Shown piece by piece: positions 60,682-64,000 of a stretch of DNA of 64,000 nucleotides. Under the pieces are notes generated by a model, which was not told where the DNA came from, did no database searches, and was given only the letters and a program-made list of their open reading frames with translations. The stretch is from Candidatus Falkowbacteria bacterium GW2011_GWF2_43_32 (GTDB lineage: Bacteria > Patescibacteriota > Patescibacteriia > Patescibacteriales > UBA12465). The stretch's first letter is position 1; each line of letters opens with the position of its first letter. The stretch is taken from contig LCGL01000001.1 of assembly GCA_000999715.1 (NCBI GenBank), positions 131,139 through 195,138 of the forward strand, read 5' to 3'. The translations under genes and the position numbers were made by a program.

Positions 60682-61705
60682 ATATTTCTTCTTGCGCCAC
60701 CATTAATCTGTTTTCGAATCTTAAATCATAAACATCCTGAATCGATAGCTCCCGTTCTAACATTCCCATTTCTTTGGCTTTTTTAGCCAAATTCATCGTA
60801 ACATCCGGATCTTGCCAAATCATATTAAGCACTTCTCTGTTATCCCATTGGCTAACGATTTCTTCGGCCGCACGACTCACCGCACCCCCGCTTCCCTTCT
60901 TGATGTGATCGGATAGTAATTTTGCCGCTTCAGGCGCATTATCATGAATTAAACGATGAGCATCAATCAAGGCTTCTAAAAAGGCGGCGGTCTCCCCTTC
61001 GTGCTGATCAAGAAACTCTGCGTTAACTACGATAGAATTGCGTGGTAAAAATTCTTGATCATACCCTTTTCTATCCCATTCCGGCAAAACCACGACGCCA
61101 GACTCAAGTAACTGCTCCGTGTCTTGTTTAGATACAACTACAGCATCAACCGCTTTTTTATCCATCAGCGCGGTAGCTTGATATGCCCTTTCAATATCAA
61201 CAAAATTTATTTTGCTTACATCAATATTTTCTTTACCCATAACCGATCTGAAAAAAAGATCATTAATTCCACTGGCGTTAACTAAAATATTTTTGCCGTA
61301 AAAATTCGTAAGATTATCTAAATTTTCGCCTGGTCTGATCAACACAAAACTCGGTGAAGCGGCAGAAGCGGCAATAATTCTGATCGGCACGCCCTTGGCC
61401 ATGGCTGTCATGAAATTAGTAAAACTACCGATACCTAAATCAACTTGATTAGCGGCTAAAGCCAACATAACTTCTCGACCGCTTTTAAGCGGAACCATCT
61501 GCAACGTTAAACCGTGCGCTTGGAAATATCCTTTCTCATAAGCGACTATAATTGAAGCATTAGTAACGCTTTCCGTATTATATCCAACTCTAATCGTAAT
61601 GGGACTAGAATCATTCTCTTCCAATAATCCAGAAAAAATAAAATAGCCGCCAATCAATAATACGATTATTCCGACAAATAAACCTGATTTTTTAATAATT
61701 TTCAT
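60665..61705 (-). CDS. ABC transporter substrate-binding protein (NMT1/THI5-like)
   Basis: The protein is 346 aa with an N-terminal anchor and the pattern IRVGYN..VDLGIGSF..IRIIA. It sits between the ATPase and permease genes. Confidence 0.65.
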   Translation of the reverse strand: MKIIKKSGLFVGIIVLLIGGYFIFSGLLEENDSSPITIRVGYNTESVTNASIIVAYEKGYFQAHGLTLQMVPLKSGREVMLALAANQVDLGIGSFTNFMTAMAKGVPIRIIAASAASPSFVLIRPGENLDNLTNFYGKNILVNASGINDLFFRSVMGKENIDVSKINFVDIERAYQATALMDKKAVDAVVVSKQDTEQLLESGVVVLPEWDRKGYDQEFLPRNSIVVNAEFLDQHEGETAAFLEALIDAHRLIHDNAPEAAKLLSDHIKKGSGGAVSRAAEEIVSQWDNREVLNMIWQDPDVTMNLAKKAKEMGMLERELSIQDVYDLRFENRLMVAQEEIYGSEN

Positions 61706-61760
61706 AAATTAATTATTTCTAACTATGGATTAAACGTTCTGAATATTCCCAAAAACTAAG

Positions 61761-62564
61761 TTATATATCTTTGAAAATTAAATTATTTTTAAAATCATGA
61801 TTAAAATTATTCTTAAATTCCTTGGCAATTTCCTTTTCAATATCCTTAGCAATTTTCATAAACTTACTGTCATATTGAGGGCGCGGTCGAGGTAAACTTA
61901 TCTTATAAATTTTTTTAATCCGAGCCGGCGAGCTTGAGAGAAGATAAATAGTATCCGCCAAGACAATGGCCTCATTAATACTATGGGTTACAAAAACAAT
62001 TGTTTTTTTGGTCTTTTGCCAAATCTTCTCTAAGTTTGCCCTCATATGCTTACGGCTCTGAGAATCCAATGCCGCAAAAGGTTCGTCCATCAGCAAAACC
62101 CTCGGATTAGAAATTAAAGCTCGCGCGATAGCTATCCTTTGTTTCATCCCCCCGGAAAGATTATGAGTATACCAATTCTTAAACTTTGTTAATCCTACCA
62201 TTTTTAAATATTTGTCCGCCAAGACTTTTTTTTGCCGTAGCGATAGCCCGCTTTTTTCTAAACCAAAAATGATATTACTATAAACCGTCATCCAAGGAAA
62301 TAAAATATAATCCTGAAAAATCAAAATCCGGTCTGTTCCCGGCTTGTTAATCTCTTTATCATCTAATATAATCCGACCGGTCGTGGGCTTTAAAAACCCG
62401 GCCACGAGACGTAACAAGACAGTTTTGCCGCAACCGCTCGGGCCTAAAACGCAAGCCAACTCACCATTATGTAAAGAAATATTAATGTTTTTTATCGCCG
62501 GAAATTCATTCTTTCCGCCAAAGTTTTTACTGACATTTTCTAACTTCAAAATTTCCTTACTCAT
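61761..62564 (-). CDS. ABC transporter ATP-binding protein (NitT/TauT-type)
   Basis: The Walker A motif is GPSGCGKT, the signature is LSGGMKQRIAIARAL and the Walker B motif is LLMDEPFAALD. Confidence 0.9.
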   Translation of the reverse strand: MSKEILKLENVSKNFGGKNEFPAIKNINISLHNGELACVLGPSGCGKTVLLRLVAGFLKPTTGRIILDDKEINKPGTDRILIFQDYILFPWMTVYSNIIFGLEKSGLSLRQKKVLADKYLKMVGLTKFKNWYTHNLSGGMKQRIAIARALISNPRVLLMDEPFAALDSQSRKHMRANLEKIWQKTKKTIVFVTHSINEAIVLADTIYLLSSSPARIKKIYKISLPRPRPQYDSKFMKIAKDIEKEIAKEFKNNFNHDFKNNLIFKDI

Positions 62565-62613
62565 ACATTATGGCGAAAATTATCGATTTGCCTGGACAGC
62601 TATTTTCAAAGAT

Positions 62614-63549
62614 TTATTTTTTAACATCGGATTTTTGCGCCTGTTTTAACTCCGCCGCCTTCAAACGACTGATTTCCTGCTTAATCGCTTTATACTCCAG
62701 GCTGGAAGGGGGGTAGTTTTTCAAACTGGTCTCCAATTGAATCAAGGGAGAAACGGAATCGGTCTGAGAGGCTAAAAACTGTTGATTAAAGGCGGATATC
62801 GATTGCGGGGTTGTTTCTTCCAATAAAGCCTTCGCGGCGGCTATCTTTTTATTTTCAAGCACCGGATCTAAAACTCCTTTTCTAAAAATATACAATTTTC
62901 CGTCTATCTTTATCGGCGGTTCTTCGTCAAACCCTTCCGGCAAATCCGAGGGCAAATTAAGAAAATCATAAATATTAAATAGAGTCATCAACTTTTTATA
63001 ATCTTCGGGAGAAATATCCTTATTTCCTTTGAAAGAACCGAGATATTGAGCTTTTATCAGATTATCAACTTTATCCAGACCCACTTTGGATACATAATTC
63101 TTGACCCAATCCTTCACATATTTTATTTCGTAGTCGGCAGTGATTATTTCATTATTTTCCAACAGAGCTTTCTTTAATTCTTCTTTAAAAACATTGCGAT
63201 CGTCAATTACTAGTATGCTCAAAATTTTATCGACTATCTTGGCCAGAATATTATAGTCTTCAAGCTTAAACTGAAAACAAAAATTATCTTTAATCAAGCC
63301 GATGACTTCCTTGTCGCCCAGTGCCGGCAAACAAACAAACTTTAATTTCAAAACCTCCGATTGATAAAATCTCAATAGCTTTGGCTGAGCTCTAAGCTCA
63401 TTGATGTTTCTGTCTATAGCTCGACTTAAGAGACGCGAAAGCTCCAATGCCCTGAAGCGATCGTCATTAGTCACAATATAATCACTTATTTCCGGCAACA
63501 AATCGGCATAACTCTGCTCCAATATTCTTTTTGATTTATTGGTATCCAT
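62614..63549 (-). CDS. Hypothetical protein
   Basis: The protein is 311 aa with no recognised motif. Confidence 0.55.
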   Translation of the reverse strand: MDTNKSKRILEQSYADLLPEISDYIVTNDDRFRALELSRLLSRAIDRNINELRAQPKLLRFYQSEVLKLKFVCLPALGDKEVIGLIKDNFCFQFKLEDYNILAKIVDKILSILVIDDRNVFKEELKKALLENNEIITADYEIKYVKDWVKNYVSKVGLDKVDNLIKAQYLGSFKGNKDISPEDYKKLMTLFNIYDFLNLPSDLPEGFDEEPPIKIDGKLYIFRKGVLDPVLENKKIAAAKALLEETTPQSISAFNQQFLASQTDSVSPLIQLETSLKNYPPSSLEYKAIKQEISRLKAAELKQAQKSDVKK

Positions 63550-63552
63550 AAA

Positions 63553-64000
63553 TTAATTGACGCCTAAATCGTTAACAACATGACTATAACGCGGCTCTAT
63601 GTCTCCCTTGCCTTTTCCGGCTAAATTTCCAAGGCGGGTTTCCAAGACATCAAGGAGAGACTTGTTGCTATCTTTATTAATTTTACTAAATTCGGTCTCT
63701 AGTTTGGGATTGGCCTTGATAGCCTCATAACAGTATTTAGCGGCACTTTCATTCATAGTATTCATTCGACCGTGGCCATGAGCGTTATCCATGCTCTGTA
63801 ATTTAAGAACTCCGCCGACATTAAGATGAAACTTACCTTCCTTATCGTGATAACCGTAAGCCAAGCGATTGTCTTTGCGGATGCACTCTTCTTGCTGTCG
63901 CTTTCCGCTTTCCGTCGTCATGATATCATTATGCTCTAAATCGGTTGTTTCGCGCCATTGACCGTTTTCCATCACATACGCAGAAGTGGCCGCCCAATGA
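63553..64000 (-). CDS. Hypothetical protein, possibly truncated by the right window edge
   Basis: The track ORF 63553-63975 starts at a GTG, and the frame stays open upstream to base 64000 (..HWAATSAYV-MENGQW). The true start may therefore lie outside the window. Confidence 0.45.
   Translation of the reverse strand, partial: HWAATSAYVMENGQWRETTDLEHNDIMTTESGKRQQEECIRKDNRLAYGYHDKEGKFHLNVGGVLKLQSMDNAHGHGRMNTMNESAAKYCYEAIKANPKLETEFSKINKDSNKSLLDVLETRLGNLAGKGKGDIEPRYSHVVNDLGVN

Overview
The window is 64 kb and is coded almost entirely on the minus strand. Its gene content and style suggest a small-genome, CPR/Patescibacteria-like bacterium; this is inference only, because no rRNA is present to confirm it.

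(1) 176-19339 holds a run of secreted surface proteins. Five are paralogous, repeat-built, phage-tail-fibre-like fibres of 209 (231 in the ORF track), 1446, 1181, 944 and 692 aa. They are built from G-N-V-G-I-G-T-T-x-P units, and two end in an endosialidase-chaperone (S74-type) domain. Interleaved with them are an FN3/beta-propeller lipoprotein, a 22-aa-repeat protein, a 521-aa anchored protein and two tandem membrane-anchored cupredoxins.

(2) 19434-31305 follows directly with a type IV pilus module: a PilX-like protein, three minor pilins, a Cys-rich 489-aa secreted protein, ybeY, a FemAB-family gene, the major pilin, pilC, pilB, a small membrane protein, pilO, pilN and pilM.

(3) 31373-37748 carries a TolB-like propeller protein, comFC, thrS behind a T-box leader, a C39-like peptidase, a solute-binding protein and a SAM methyltransferase.

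(4) 37859-44161 is an AT-rich island attached to tRNA-Ser(GCU). At least seven direct copies of the tRNA 3' end cut it into small cassettes: RelE/DinJ-type TA, an unknown gene, HD + NYN, a PEP-utilizer swivel-domain protein, another unknown gene and non-coding modules. I see no integrase.

(5) 44378-49491 carries tRNA-Arg(GCG), recG and radA.

(6) 49528-54365 carries VirB4-like and PrgI-like T4SS-type genes.

(7) 54553-54636 is a non-canonical tRNA-like gene with an 8-bp acceptor stem, a 4-bp T stem, a long variable arm and a GAU anticodon.

(8) 54758-63975 carries a frameshifted PPDK_N-domain gene, a metK-ahcY-PfkB kinase methyl-cycle cluster, a NitT/TauT-type ABC transporter and two unknown genes.

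I recognised no rRNA, CRISPR array, transposase, integrase or phage structural module. Most long plus-strand ORFs in the track are antisense shadows of minus-strand genes.
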